The notes under the pieces: model-generated
Seen by the model: the letters and a program-made list of their open reading frames with translations, nothing else
Databases searched by the model: none
What the model was told of the DNA's origin: nothing
Origin: Acidobacteriota bacterium
Lineage (GTDB): Bacteria; Acidobacteriota; UBA6911; RPQK01; JAJDTT01
Direction of reading: 5' to 3'
Length of the DNA: 64,000 nt
Assembly: GCA_963668095.1 (NCBI GenBank)
Contig: OY764083.1
Location: 1,131,709-1,195,708, forward strand
Part shown: one piece after another, positions 1 through 9,434 of the stretch
How the letters are laid out: every line of letters starts with the position of its first letter
Numbering within the stretch: the first letter of the stretch is position 1
Translations under genes and position numbers: made by a program

Positions 1-414
1 TCCGCAGCTGCTCCCACCCAGCCCGTCTCCGCAGCCGCCCCCGCACCGGCCCGGTCCGAACCTGCCCAACACGCGAAAGGGTTCCGGAAACGGCTCTTGG
101 CCGCAGTCCAGGATCAAAAGCCGGCACTCCACTCGTCGTTGCTGCATTCTACGGACAGCCAGGTTCAGGACGGAGAGCTGATCGTCGTCTTCCCCGCTTC
201 GGAACAGGTTCACGCCGGTCTGGTTCAGGCCAAGGCACAGCAACTCGGTGAACTCTCGGAACAACTGACAGGATCCCCCTGTAAGCTTCAGATTCGTTTC
301 GAAGGCGCCGAGTCGGCGAGGAAAGATGAGGAAGAGGACCCCATGGACAACCCCAAGGTCAAGGCCTTTCTGAAACGGTTTCCGGGGAAGGTGATCGTGG
401 AACGCAACCCGTAG
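1..414 (+). CDS. dnaX: DNA polymerase III gamma/tau subunit, 3' fragment (truncated by window start)
   Basis: Frame is open from base 1 (Pro/Ala-rich linker, then ...DNPKVKAFLKRFPGKV...). It lies immediately upstream of ybaB-recR, the conserved dnaX-ybaB-recR order. Confidence 0.75.
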   Translation, partial: SAAAPTQPVSAAAPAPARSEPAQHAKGFRKRLLAAVQDQKPALHSSLLHSTDSQVQDGELIVVFPASEQVHAGLVQAKAQQLGELSEQLTGSPCKLQIRFEGAESARKDEEEDPMDNPKVKAFLKRFPGKVIVERNP

Positions 415-484
415 GATCCCGTATGAAATGCGCCAACCCAATTCCACGGCGCTTCGATTCACACGCACACAGGAGTGATTGCGC

Positions 485-784
485 ATGAGGATGCGAAAAA
501 AGAACATCAAGGGCCTGATGAGACAGGCTCAGCAGATGCAGGAGCAGTTGCAGCAACAGATGCTCCAGACCCGCGTGGAGGCCACCAGTGGCGGTGGCGC
601 CGTCCACGTCGTCATGGATGGATCCAAGAAGATGCACTCCATCCGCATCGATCCCGATGCCGTGGATCCGGAAGACGTGGAAATGCTCCAGGATCTGATC
701 CTGGCTGCCGTGAACGAAGCGGCACGCAAGGTCGATGAGATGATGAGTTCCCAGGTCAGCAGTCTGACCGGCGGAATTCTTTGA
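485..784 (+). CDS. ybaB: YbaB/EbfC nucleoid-associated protein
   Basis: LMRQAQQMQEQL...VEATSGGGAV...DVEMLQDLILAAVNEA signature; AGGAG RBS at 471-475; upstream of recR. Confidence 0.93.
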   Translation: MRMRKKNIKGLMRQAQQMQEQLQQQMLQTRVEATSGGGAVHVVMDGSKKMHSIRIDPDAVDPEDVEMLQDLILAAVNEAARKVDEMMSSQVSSLTGGIL

Positions 785-807
785 ACCGCATCTCACTGGG
801 AGAAGTC

Positions 808-1410
808 ATGAACACCCACCACCCCGACCCCATCAACAGACTCGCCGACGAGTTGAAGCGCCTGCCCGGCATCGGCCCCAAATCGGCGCAGCGGCTGGTC
901 TTCCACCTCATCCGTAAGCCCGACTCCGAATGCGACCGGCTCGCCCGGGCCATTGGAGATCTCAAGCGCAGTTTGGTGTTCTGCTCCGTATGCAACCACA
1001 TCGGCGGTGCCGATCCCTGCTCCATCTGCAAGCAGGCCAATCGGGACACGGAGACCATCTGCGTCGTGGAGGAGCCCTTCAACGTGCTCTCCATCGAGAA
1101 GACGGGGCAATACCGGGGCCTCTACCACGTGCTCCACGGCGCCATCTCTCCCATCAATGGAATCGGACCGGAGGACCTCAAGTTGCGGAACCTCTTCGAG
1201 CGCTTTCGCGACGGTGAGGTCAAGGAGGTTATCGTGGCCACCAATCCCACCTCCGAAGGCGAGGCCACGGCGCTCTATCTCTCCAAGCTCATCAAGCCCC
1301 TGGAGATTCGCGTCTCCCGGATCGCGCTCGGCATCCCCATGGGAAGCGATCTGGAGTACACCGACCAGCTGACCCTGACCCGGGCATTGTCCGGGCGCCA
1401 AGACCTCTGA
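808..1410 (+). CDS. recR: Recombination mediator RecR
   Basis: HhH LPGIGPKSAQRL, zinc finger CSVC..CSIC, Toprim VVEEP / YHVLHGAISP / ATNPTSEGEATA. Confidence 0.97.
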   Translation: MNTHHPDPINRLADELKRLPGIGPKSAQRLVFHLIRKPDSECDRLARAIGDLKRSLVFCSVCNHIGGADPCSICKQANRDTETICVVEEPFNVLSIEKTGQYRGLYHVLHGAISPINGIGPEDLKLRNLFERFRDGEVKEVIVATNPTSEGEATALYLSKLIKPLEIRVSRIALGIPMGSDLEYTDQLTLTRALSGRQDL

Positions 1411-1484
1411 CGGCCCGCCTTTCGCCGACTGGCGAAGAATCCCTATTCGTTACGTATCAGCGACCCTGATGAAGTTGCGGGTCA

Positions 1485-1524
1485 GAAACAAAAGTGCCTG
1501 CACCGCCCGGAGGCGGTGCAGGCA
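1485..1524 (-). terminator. Rho-independent terminator of the OmpA-family gene
   Basis: 13-bp perfect stem TGCCTGCACCGCC-CGGA-GGCGGTGCAGGCA followed on the minus strand by CTTTTGTTTC. Confidence 0.8.
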
Positions 1525-1584
1525 TTCGGATCATTCGATGATCAGCGGCTCGACGGAACCCCATCCAGCCGTGGAGTCTGGGTC

Positions 1585-2838
1585 TTACGGAACGTAGAGT
1601 TCCACTTCGACCCGGCGATTCTCCTTACGGCCCTCGCGTGTCTTGTTGTCGGCGACGGGCATGGATTCACCGGCGCTCTTGGTGGCGATCCTGGAATCGC
1701 CCACGCTGTGCTGCGTGGTCAAGTAGGCCTTCGCACGGTCCGCCCGCTTGGCTCCGGCCCTCATGTTGCCCTTCTCGCTGCCCACCGAATCGGTGTGGCC
1801 GGTGATGGTGGCCATCAGACTCGGATTCTGCTGCAATTTGAGGGCGATCTCGTCCAGCTTGGCCTTGGCCACGTTGTTCAGCCGGCCATTGACCTGGATG
1901 ACGATATTCTCGCGGACCTTGAAGGAGGCCGTGGCCATTCCCTTTCCGCCGCGATCGTCACTGGCCGTGACCGAAACCGCATGAGCGCCGCCGCCCATGC
2001 CGCTGGTGTTGACCGTGTAGGTGCTGCCGGAACCGGACATGCTGCGGCCGTTCACCGCCCAGGCGTAGGTGATGGGATCGCCTTCGGCGTCGCTGGCCTT
2101 GGCCGTGGCCATGACCGCTTCACCCATCATGACCTCCGACTTGCTGAGGCTCAGGGTCACCTTGGGATCGGTGTTGGGCCTGCGGTTGACGGCCACGTTG
2201 AAGGTGCAGCTGGCGGTCATGTTGTCCGAGTCCTTGACCGTGACCGTGGCCCGGTGGGATCCGACCGAACGGCCGGTGGTCCCGAACTGGAAGCTCGCCA
2301 TGTTGCCGCTCACCGCACTCCCGTCGACCGCCCAGGAGTAGGTCAGGGGATCGTTGTTGGCATCGGACGCACTGGCCTTCAGCGTGATGCTCTTGCCCTC
2401 GGTCACGTTCACCATGCCGGGGTTGCAGGCGATCGTGGGCTTCTGCTTGTTCTTTTCGACCATGACGTCGATGGAGCAGGTCTCCTGCAGCTTGCGGTCG
2501 TCGAGCTCAGCCGTCACCTGGACCGTTCCCGGCTTCAAGCCGGTCGCGTCGAAGGTGGCGGACACCGAAACCGGAGTGTTGGCATCCTGGTCCAACGCGC
2601 CTCCCGACACCTTCCCCTGGGTGGCTGACCAAGTGAGCGTCAACTTGTCGCTGTCTCCACCGAAAGTGAACCGGTCGGGATCGGAGGCCTGAACCGTCAA
2701 CTGTACGGAACTGCCCTCGACCACGGACGCCCGGCCAGCACCGCAGTCGATCTGGGGCGGACGATTCATACAACCCGTCGCTACCAGAACCGCAAGACCC
2801 AGCACTGATACCGCCAGGAACCGTTTTCTCCAAGCCAT
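1585..2838 (-). CDS. OmpA-family lipoprotein with three tandem Ig/PKD-like repeats
   Basis: Lipobox LVATGC; three repeats containing A-S-D-x-D/N/E..L/I-T-x-x-W; C-terminal OmpA domain ITGHTD...RA...NRRVE. Start placed at 2838 because the -10 box overlaps the ATG at 2886. Confidence 0.85.
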   Translation of the reverse strand: MAWRKRFLAVSVLGLAVLVATGCMNRPPQIDCGAGRASVVEGSSVQLTVQASDPDRFTFGGDSDKLTLTWSATQGKVSGGALDQDANTPVSVSATFDATGLKPGTVQVTAELDDRKLQETCSIDVMVEKNKQKPTIACNPGMVNVTEGKSITLKASASDANNDPLTYSWAVDGSAVSGNMASFQFGTTGRSVGSHRATVTVKDSDNMTASCTFNVAVNRRPNTDPKVTLSLSKSEVMMGEAVMATAKASDAEGDPITYAWAVNGRSMSGSGSTYTVNTSGMGGGAHAVSVTASDDRGGKGMATASFKVRENIVIQVNGRLNNVAKAKLDEIALKLQQNPSLMATITGHTDSVGSEKGNMRAGAKRADRAKAYLTTQHSVGDSRIATKSAGESMPVADNKTREGRKENRRVEVELYVP

Positions 2839-2884
2839 GACATTTCCCCCTGTGGATGAATTCGAAGAACTATGCTCAGTCGGC

Positions 2885-2912
2885 ATTATACAGGCGCGGT
2901 TTCGAATGTAAA
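2885..2912 (-). promoter_or_regulatory. Sigma70-type promoter for the OmpA-family gene
   Basis: Minus strand reads TTTACA-16 nt-TATAAT. Confidence 0.65.
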
Positions 2913-2971
2913 TACCCCAACAGAATCAAAAAGACCGACGACTTCAGGTCTTTTGGAATCCCGCCGCGCGA

Positions 2972-3970
2972 TCAGGTCCAGTTGATGCAGACGCCGATCA
3001 TTTCCGCCTCTCCCGAATCCATTTTGGCGTAGGCGTCCGGCAATTCCTCCCATTCGAACTGGTGGGTCATCATGGGGGCGACTTGCAGACGTCCCCGGGC
3101 AAGGTAATCCAGAGTCAAATCGAGGGAACGGCGGCGGTCCCAGCGTTTCCCTGCCGGCGGGTAACCGTAGGAGGTCTTCAAGGAAAGATTCTTGCGCAAG
3201 TAGGGATAGTTCACCGGACTGAAGTGGGGCTGATCGGTGTGGCGCGCCACCACCACGACCCTGCCCTCGGACCGGGCCACGTCCAGGCCCGTCTCGACGG
3301 CCTTCCAGGTGGAGGCCGCCTCGACCACCAGGTCGGCTCCTTCACCTCCGAGAAATCCCATGATCCGTTCCCTGAAGTCGTCCTCGGCCGGGCTTCCGGT
3401 CCAGTCGGCTCCCATGGATCGGGCCACCTTCAGGCGATTCCGGTCCAGGTCCACGACCGCCGTCCGGCAACCGAAGGCGCGGCAAAAAGCCAATGCCGAG
3501 AGACCGATGATCCCCGATCCGACAATGGCCACGTTCTCCCCGGGCATGACGCCACCCCGGCGCAGGGCGATGTGAGCCACTTCAATGATGCTCAGAAAAA
3601 CACCCAAGTGATCCGGTACGGCGTTCGGAAGGAGCCTGGCCATTTCGGCCGGAGACGCCGCCACCTGCCTGTGCGGCTGCGGAACAAAGACCCGGTCGCC
3701 GGGCCGGAAACCTGAGGCCTGGGATCCCACTTCCAGGACTTCCCCAACCATGGAGTATCCATTCTCCACCGGAAACTGAAGTGGAAACCCGGGATATAGG
3801 AACTTCTTCTCCCGGTCCACCGGAATCCCGCGGTAAACGCGAAGCTCGGTACCCGTGCTGATGGCGGTCATTCGCGCCCGGACCAGGAGGCCACCGGCTG
3901 GGCAGCCCGGAACGGGAATCTCCTGGAACTCGGCTCTTCGGGGACCGGTGATGATGAGTCTCTTGGCCAT
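2972..3970 (-). CDS. Medium-chain (zinc-binding alcohol dehydrogenase family) oxidoreductase
   Basis: ISTGTE and GYSMVGEV MDR motifs; Rossmann GSGIIG. Confidence 0.85.
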   Translation of the reverse strand: MAKRLIITGPRRAEFQEIPVPGCPAGGLLVRARMTAISTGTELRVYRGIPVDREKKFLYPGFPLQFPVENGYSMVGEVLEVGSQASGFRPGDRVFVPQPHRQVAASPAEMARLLPNAVPDHLGVFLSIIEVAHIALRRGGVMPGENVAIVGSGIIGLSALAFCRAFGCRTAVVDLDRNRLKVARSMGADWTGSPAEDDFRERIMGFLGGEGADLVVEAASTWKAVETGLDVARSEGRVVVVARHTDQPHFSPVNYPYLRKNLSLKTSYGYPPAGKRWDRRRSLDLTLDYLARGRLQVAPMMTHQFEWEELPDAYAKMDSGEAEMIGVCINWT

Positions 3971-3999
3971 TGCACCTTGCCTCTTTTCTTACGCCGCAC

Positions 4000-4007
4000 A
4001 TTATAAT
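4000..4007. promoter_or_regulatory. Palindromic ATTATAAT, overlapping -10 boxes for two divergent genes
   Basis: TATAAT on + (4002-4007) and on - (4000-4005) within an 82-bp divergent spacer. Confidence 0.5.
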
Positions 4008-4052
4008 GGGCCGCTTCTCGTCATACGTTAGGAACGGTTACAAGGAGGGTCC

Positions 4053-4799
4053 ATGAGTTACCAGAAATTCAAGGCGGCCTACAAGCGGGATGGACATCTT
4101 GTCGTCAGGCAATTCTTGACCCCGGACGAGTTCCAGGAACTTTCCGACAATGTCGGCCGGTATATCCGGGACGTGGTGCCGGGTTTGCCCCCCACCAAGG
4201 CGTTTTACCAGGACCCGGAGAAGCCCGAAACCTTGAAACAGCTCCAGGAAATGGAGGAAGACCCTTTCTTCCGGGACTTCCTGGAACATCCGAAGCTGGT
4301 TTCCCTCGCCGAAACCCTGGTGGGAGAGCCGGTCAGAGGGAATACGGAATGGTTCAATAAGCCGCCCAACACCCAGCACCCCACGCCGCCTCACCAGGAC
4401 AATTACTACTTCTGCCTGATTCCCTGCAACGTGGTGACCCTCTGGCTCCCGCTGCAGACGGTCGACGAGGAGAACGGCTGCCTGCGCTACGTCACCGGCT
4501 CCCACCTGGAGGGTTACCGTCCCCACAACCCGACGGAAGTCATCGGCTTTTCCCAGGGGATCACCGACTACGGACCTCGGGACCGGCTCCAGGAACACCG
4601 GGTGGTGCTGCAGCCGGGCGATCTGGCGGCCCACCACGGGATGATGATTCACAGCGCGGAACCCAACCGGTCCACCCACCGTCACCGGCCGGCATTCGCC
4701 GTGGTCTACAAGGGGGTCAGTTGCCGCCGGGACGAAGATGCGGCACGCCGGTACCGGGACAACCTCCGCAGGCAACAACAAGAGGCCGGAATGGTCTGA
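4053..4799 (+). CDS. Phytanoyl-CoA dioxygenase (PhyH) family Fe(II)/2-oxoglutarate oxygenase
   Basis: FNKPP...PHQD...WLPL..VDEENGCL.YVTGSH...HSAEPNRS..R motifs. Confidence 0.9.
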   Translation: MSYQKFKAAYKRDGHLVVRQFLTPDEFQELSDNVGRYIRDVVPGLPPTKAFYQDPEKPETLKQLQEMEEDPFFRDFLEHPKLVSLAETLVGEPVRGNTEWFNKPPNTQHPTPPHQDNYYFCLIPCNVVTLWLPLQTVDEENGCLRYVTGSHLEGYRPHNPTEVIGFSQGITDYGPRDRLQEHRVVLQPGDLAAHHGMMIHSAEPNRSTHRHRPAFAVVYKGVSCRRDEDAARRYRDNLRRQQQEAGMV

Positions 4800-4822
4800 A
4801 CCGGGTGCCGGGTTTCTGGCGG

Positions 4823-6394
4823 ATGATTTTCGTCGCTGTTCTGATCGGTTTTCTGCTCCCCCTGCCGCTCGCGGGTCAGTCCGCTCCCATTTCCATCGGA
4901 TCCGAGAAGCAGTTGTTCCTGGACCAGCGGCTGATCCAGTCGAGCCAGGACGTGGACCTGGTCTTGAACTTCCCCGAACAGCCCCGGGAGAACCTCATCC
5001 TCAAAGACCGTCCCTGGGAACAGGGGAGGGCGGGCGGATACGCCCATGTCCTTCGCGACGGCGCCCTCTACCGCATGTACTACAACAGCTTCGACCGCTC
5101 CTACCGGGTCCGGTATTTCTGTCTGGCCCTCTCCCACGACGGCGTGAACTGGACCAAGCCGAACCTGGGCCTGATCCCTTACGCCGGGAATTACGACACC
5201 AACATCATTGGCCTGGACATCTTCGGAAGCCCGTTCATCGATCTTTTCGACACACCGGATCGGCGCTACAAACTCTACTCCCGTGTGGGACGGGCCCGGG
5301 GAGAGCGCGATCAGATCATGCAGGGGGACTCGCCCGATTCGAGTTCGTTCTCCTGGCCGCCGGCCCAGGACGCCGATCCCCAGAGCGTGTACCTCCTGTA
5401 CTCCGGGGACGGTGTCTTCTGGCAACGGGACCCGGAACCGGTAATGCCTTTCTATGTCGGCGCGCCCACCTCGGTCTTCTGGGACGAAGACACCGGCCTC
5501 TGGGCCATCTATCCCCGGGCCTATCTTCCCGATAGCCGGGTCCGGGTCTTCAGCCGGACCACCGCCGGCAAGCATGAATTGGGAGAAGCCTTCGACCTGA
5601 ATCTCATGTCGCCGGCCCGCCGCCGGCTCGAACGACAGAGCGGATCCCGGGTCAGCGGCCTCCTGGACGAACTCCCGGTGGTGCTCAAGCCGGATCTCGA
5701 AGATCCCGACGGCATGCAGGTCTACACCATCTACGCTTACAACTACCCGGCTCAGGACGCGTACGTCGCGTTTCCCAGCATGTGGTATTCCCGGCGCCCC
5801 GACGATTTCGAAAGGGTGGACCCCGGGGCCAGCGACACGCTGGAGATTCAATTCACCTTCTCCAGGGACGGGGTCGCATGGCAACGGCCCTTCCGTCAAC
5901 CGCTGATCTCACTCGGTTCCCCAGGCTCGGCCTGGGAGCACCAGATCTACGGAGCCGGGCTGGTCGAGAGCGGCGATCGGCTCTACTTCTACTACAACGG
6001 CCTGCCCAGCGAGCACATGACCATGGACAAGGCCGCGGACTGGACGTGTGTGACCGCCCGGGCCATCTTCCGCCTCGACGGTTTCGTCTCCGCCGACTCG
6101 GCCTACGAGGGAGGAGAACTCACCACGCCACTTCTCACCTTCACCGGCTCCAGGCTCCAATACAATGCAAAGACCGGCGGCGGGGGCTTCATCCGGACCG
6201 AGATCCTGGATTCGACCGGCGCTCCCATCCCCGGATTCACCTTGGCGGAATCGCACCGCGTCAACGGCAACAGCGTCCGCCACCTGGCCTCCTGGCGAGG
6301 CTCCGCCGACGTCTCTTCCCTGGCCGGGCAGCCGGTGCGGCTGCGGCTCGTGATGCGGGACACGAAGCTCTTCGCCCTCCAGTTCGTCCGCTGA
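4823..6394 (+). CDS. Secreted glycoside-hydrolase-like (beta-propeller) protein
   Basis: Signal peptide; QLFLD start; three Asp-box motifs (SHDGVNW, SGDGVFW, SRDGVAW); C-terminal RLDGFVS...TTPL beta-sandwich. Confidence 0.65.
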   Translation: MIFVAVLIGFLLPLPLAGQSAPISIGSEKQLFLDQRLIQSSQDVDLVLNFPEQPRENLILKDRPWEQGRAGGYAHVLRDGALYRMYYNSFDRSYRVRYFCLALSHDGVNWTKPNLGLIPYAGNYDTNIIGLDIFGSPFIDLFDTPDRRYKLYSRVGRARGERDQIMQGDSPDSSSFSWPPAQDADPQSVYLLYSGDGVFWQRDPEPVMPFYVGAPTSVFWDEDTGLWAIYPRAYLPDSRVRVFSRTTAGKHELGEAFDLNLMSPARRRLERQSGSRVSGLLDELPVVLKPDLEDPDGMQVYTIYAYNYPAQDAYVAFPSMWYSRRPDDFERVDPGASDTLEIQFTFSRDGVAWQRPFRQPLISLGSPGSAWEHQIYGAGLVESGDRLYFYYNGLPSEHMTMDKAADWTCVTARAIFRLDGFVSADSAYEGGELTTPLLTFTGSRLQYNAKTGGGGFIRTEILDSTGAPIPGFTLAESHRVNGNSVRHLASWRGSADVSSLAGQPVRLRLVMRDTKLFALQFVR

Positions 6395-6422
6395 TCGAGC
6401 GTCTGTCCAAATTCAGCCGGAA

Positions 6423-7697
6423 TCAGGCAGCCGGGCTCAGGTAGGGAATAGTCTGAGGTCCCTGGGGGAGGACTCCGAGGCGGGCGCCGGGACCGTATCC
6501 TTCCAGCAACTCCAGGACGGCGGCTTCCAGATCCCGGACCGGTTCCAGGTGCGCGCTCCGGATCTGGCGCGGAGTCAACCCGTCCGATTTCAGCAGGACG
6601 CGGGCCTTGAGTTGGATCTGGCTCTGGATCTGGACCTGCCACTGGTCGTGCGTGGTGGCGTCCTCCCGTTGGATCCGGTCCAGAAAACTGGCGGGGTCGG
6701 CGGTCGAGGCCAGAAGTTTTCGGTACTCGCCATGTTCCGGGATCCCGTCGGAGCACTCCGCGGCACAGACGATGGCGCCTCCCCGGCGGACGATGCGCGC
6801 CGCCGCCGACATCCCCTTCACCGACTGATACAGGTTCAGGTCCAAGGGATAACCGCTGTTGGTGGTCACGACCACGTCGAAGGGCCGGGCCACCGGCTGC
6901 ATGGCCGTCTTCTTGGCGAAGCGGCACGCGGACCCGTGGGCTTGGAAGATCTCACCCGCGTGCACGCTGGTAATCTCATGGTCCCGATTCAAAGTGACGT
7001 CCAGACTGAAATCCACGCCGGAGAGTCCCGCAACCTCACGAATCGCGTCATGAATGGGATTCCCGTGGGTGATCCCCCACGTGGCCTGGGGATGGGCGAT
7101 CAGGGGGGCGCTGTGCAGGTTCATGATGGTGTCGAACCCGGCCAGACCCGGAGCCACCAACTTGGGTCCGCCACTGAACCCGGCGAAGAAATGGGGCTCC
7201 ACGAACCCGGTGGTGATCCTGACGTCGGATTCGAGCCAGATCGAGTTGAGCCAAACCGGAATCCCGGAGGGAAGGGTGCCCCGGTAGCTGAGAGTTTCGG
7301 GGCGGAAGGACTGGTGATTGATGACCGGATAGTTGCGGACCACTTCCGCTCCCAACATGGTCTCCAGCTCCTCCACCGTGTTGGAGCGGTGGGTGCCGGT
7401 GGCTACCAGGATGGAGATCTGGTCTCTGGGCACGTGCTCCAACTCGGCCAACAGCACGGGAAGAACTCGGGAACTGGGCATGGGGCGCGTGATATCGCAG
7501 ACCGAGATGGCGACGGTCTGGCCGGGCCGGGCCAACTCTCTCAGGGGGAGAGTGCCCATGGGGCTCCGGAAGGCATTCCGGAGCGCCTCCTCTTCGGACG
7601 GGACCCCCAGGAGAAACGAGGGCTCCAGAACAATCGTCCCGTCCCCGGGAAGCTCCACCTCGAGACCGTTCTTGCCGTACGCCAGATCAACCCGCAC
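6423..7697 (-). CDS. larA: Nickel-pincer-dependent lactate racemase family protein
   Basis: DITRP, ATGTHR, EPHFFAGFSGGPK, NLYQSVKG, DQWQ motifs. The GTG at 7697 fits the AGGAGG RBS spacing; the alternative start is ATG 7703. Confidence 0.9.
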   Translation of the reverse strand: MRVDLAYGKNGLEVELPGDGTIVLEPSFLLGVPSEEEALRNAFRSPMGTLPLRELARPGQTVAISVCDITRPMPSSRVLPVLLAELEHVPRDQISILVATGTHRSNTVEELETMLGAEVVRNYPVINHQSFRPETLSYRGTLPSGIPVWLNSIWLESDVRITTGFVEPHFFAGFSGGPKLVAPGLAGFDTIMNLHSAPLIAHPQATWGITHGNPIHDAIREVAGLSGVDFSLDVTLNRDHEITSVHAGEIFQAHGSACRFAKKTAMQPVARPFDVVVTTNSGYPLDLNLYQSVKGMSAAARIVRRGGAIVCAAECSDGIPEHGEYRKLLASTADPASFLDRIQREDATTHDQWQVQIQSQIQLKARVLLKSDGLTPRQIRSAHLEPVRDLEAAVLELLEGYGPGARLGVLPQGPQTIPYLSPAA

Positions 7698-7707
7698 GGA
7701 CATCCTC

Positions 7708-8229
7708 CTATCTCTGCCCGGGAACGGTCATTTCCGCCCTCAGGGAGGAAACGCTCTCCTCGGCGCTCCGATTGATTCTGAGGCGGGAAAAGAAGTCCTG
7801 CAGCAACTGGCGCGCTTCCGCTTCCCGGACACCCGCCACCACCTCGGGGGAATGGTTGAACTGACCTGGCTTCAACAGGTCGACCCGCGACGAAACCGCT
7901 CCCGCCTTCGGGTCTGCCGCCGCGTAGACCAGTCGCCCCACCCGGGCCCAGACCAGAGCGCCGGCACACATGGCGCAAGGCTCCAGCGTCACGAAGAGGC
8001 CGGTTCCATTCAATCGGTAGTTGGACAGAAGCTCGCCCGCTTTTCGCAAGACCAGGATCTCCGCATGGGCCGTCGGATCGGATTTCTGGATGCTCCGGTT
8101 GTGGTCCCGGGCCAGAAGCTTTCCCTCTTGGACCACTACGGCTCCCACCGGCACCTCCCCCTCACGGGCGGCCTGTCGGGCCTCCTCCAAGGCGATCGCC
8201 ATCCAACGGTCCACCGCTTCCGTTTCCAT
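7708..8229 (-). CDS. tadA: tRNA adenosine(34) deaminase
   Basis: GEVPVGAV, DPTAHAE, TLEPCAMCAGA, DPKAGA. Confidence 0.93.
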   Translation of the reverse strand: METEAVDRWMAIALEEARQAAREGEVPVGAVVVQEGKLLARDHNRSIQKSDPTAHAEILVLRKAGELLSNYRLNGTGLFVTLEPCAMCAGALVWARVGRLVYAAADPKAGAVSSRVDLLKPGQFNHSPEVVAGVREAEARQLLQDFFSRLRINRSAEESVSSLRAEMTVPGQR

Positions 8230-8378
8230 TCCAACCCCGATCCTCCAGGTCGAGCCGCTGCCGGAAAGCATAACAGCCTTCGGTGAAGCTCAGGCGCCGC
8301 TGAAGCGAGACACTTCCGGAGATTTGCAATGACCCCGTGGCACTGGCATAAAATCGACGTCCGAAGCTTGCACAGTCC

Positions 8379-9287
8379 ATGAAATTTCCCCGCATTCCGA
8401 CGCTCATCCTGACCGCACTCCTGGCCTCGTGCCAACGTTCGACCGAGACCGTCACGTTTTTCCACACCTCGAGCCTGACGCCCCTGGTCGAGACCATCTC
8501 CAAGCGGTTCGAGAGCATGCATCCCGACGTCGTCGTGGCGAGCGAGTCCGGGGCCGGACTGGACATGATCCGCAAGTTGGGGGGCCAGGCACCGGGCCCG
8601 GATCTGCTGGCGATTTCGGACCGGCGGCTGCTGGAGCGTCTCCTGGATTCCGGAAAAGTGAGCCGCGCCTTCGAGTTCCTGGGGAATGACGTCGTGCTCG
8701 CCACCCGGGACCCCGAATTCCTGAGTGCGACCCGGCTCTCGGGACGTTCCCACCGGCGGTGGCATGAAATCCTTCTGGAGCGGAACTATTCCTACGGTAT
8801 CGCCGATCCCGACCGGGACCCGCCCGGTTACTGCGCCCACCTGGTCTGGAAACTGGCCGAGACCCACTATGAACGCCCCGGCCTCTACCGGCGGCTCCTG
8901 AATGGGCTGGATTCACGCTGGATCTGTCCTGAGGCCGGCGAGCTGGCGGCGCTGCTTCGGGCCGACGTCCTGGACCTGGCTTTTCTCTACCGGTCGACAG
9001 CGGTCCAGAACGATCTGGCCTTTCTGGACCTGCCCCCCCAGATCTCTCTCGGGGAAATGCCCTACCGGGAAGTCTACTCGCAGGCCACTCTCCGGGTCAC
9101 CGGTGCGGCTCCCGATTCCATGGCCGAGATCAGCGGCGTGCCGATACGGTACGGCGTGGTCCTGACGCGGGAGAGCAGCCCCTGGGCCGAACGCTATCTG
9201 AACTACCTCCTGAGTCCCGAGGTCCAGGCCCTCTACCGGGAGTTGGGCTACCGCAACATACCGGTAACCGAGATTCCTCCCTGGTAG
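8379..9287 (+). CDS. Tungstate/molybdate (WtpA/ModA-like) substrate-binding lipoprotein
   Basis: Lipobox LLASC; FHTSSL, DPDRDPPGY, LAFLYRS, PIRYGV resemble WtpA motifs. Confidence 0.7.
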   Translation: MKFPRIPTLILTALLASCQRSTETVTFFHTSSLTPLVETISKRFESMHPDVVVASESGAGLDMIRKLGGQAPGPDLLAISDRRLLERLLDSGKVSRAFEFLGNDVVLATRDPEFLSATRLSGRSHRRWHEILLERNYSYGIADPDRDPPGYCAHLVWKLAETHYERPGLYRRLLNGLDSRWICPEAGELAALLRADVLDLAFLYRSTAVQNDLAFLDLPPQISLGEMPYREVYSQATLRVTGAAPDSMAEISGVPIRYGVVLTRESSPWAERYLNYLLSPEVQALYRELGYRNIPVTEIPPW

Positions 9288-9338
9288 CGCTGCTCGCAAA
9301 TCACAACGACCTGTGACCACCAGCCCCACCGTGGCAAG

Positions 9339-9391
9339 GTCTTCACTCTTTCCTCTCTCCGCTTTCCTCTTTCCTCTCTTTCCTACTTTCC
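9339..9391 (-). repeat. (GGAAAGA)n-GAGTGAAGAC dispersed repeat, copy 1
   Basis: GTCTTCACTC followed by a TTTCCTC-type tract; same unit at 23582-23618 and 63801-63866. Confidence 0.7.
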
Positions 9392-9434
9392 CCGCCTTCT
9401 TCCCGCCACCCCTTTGCGGTAGAGTGACGCCACC

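Noticed and set aside
1466-1489. CTGATGA...GAAAC resembling a hammerhead ribozyme core
   Set aside because: The intervening AGTTGCGGGTCA cannot form stem II, and I found no stems I or III. A simple GACCC/GGGTC hairpin explains the region.
7700-7800. tRNA-Ser or SRP RNA, often found beside tadA/dnaX
   Set aside because: No cloverleaf, T-arm or SRP loop motif; larA follows directly.
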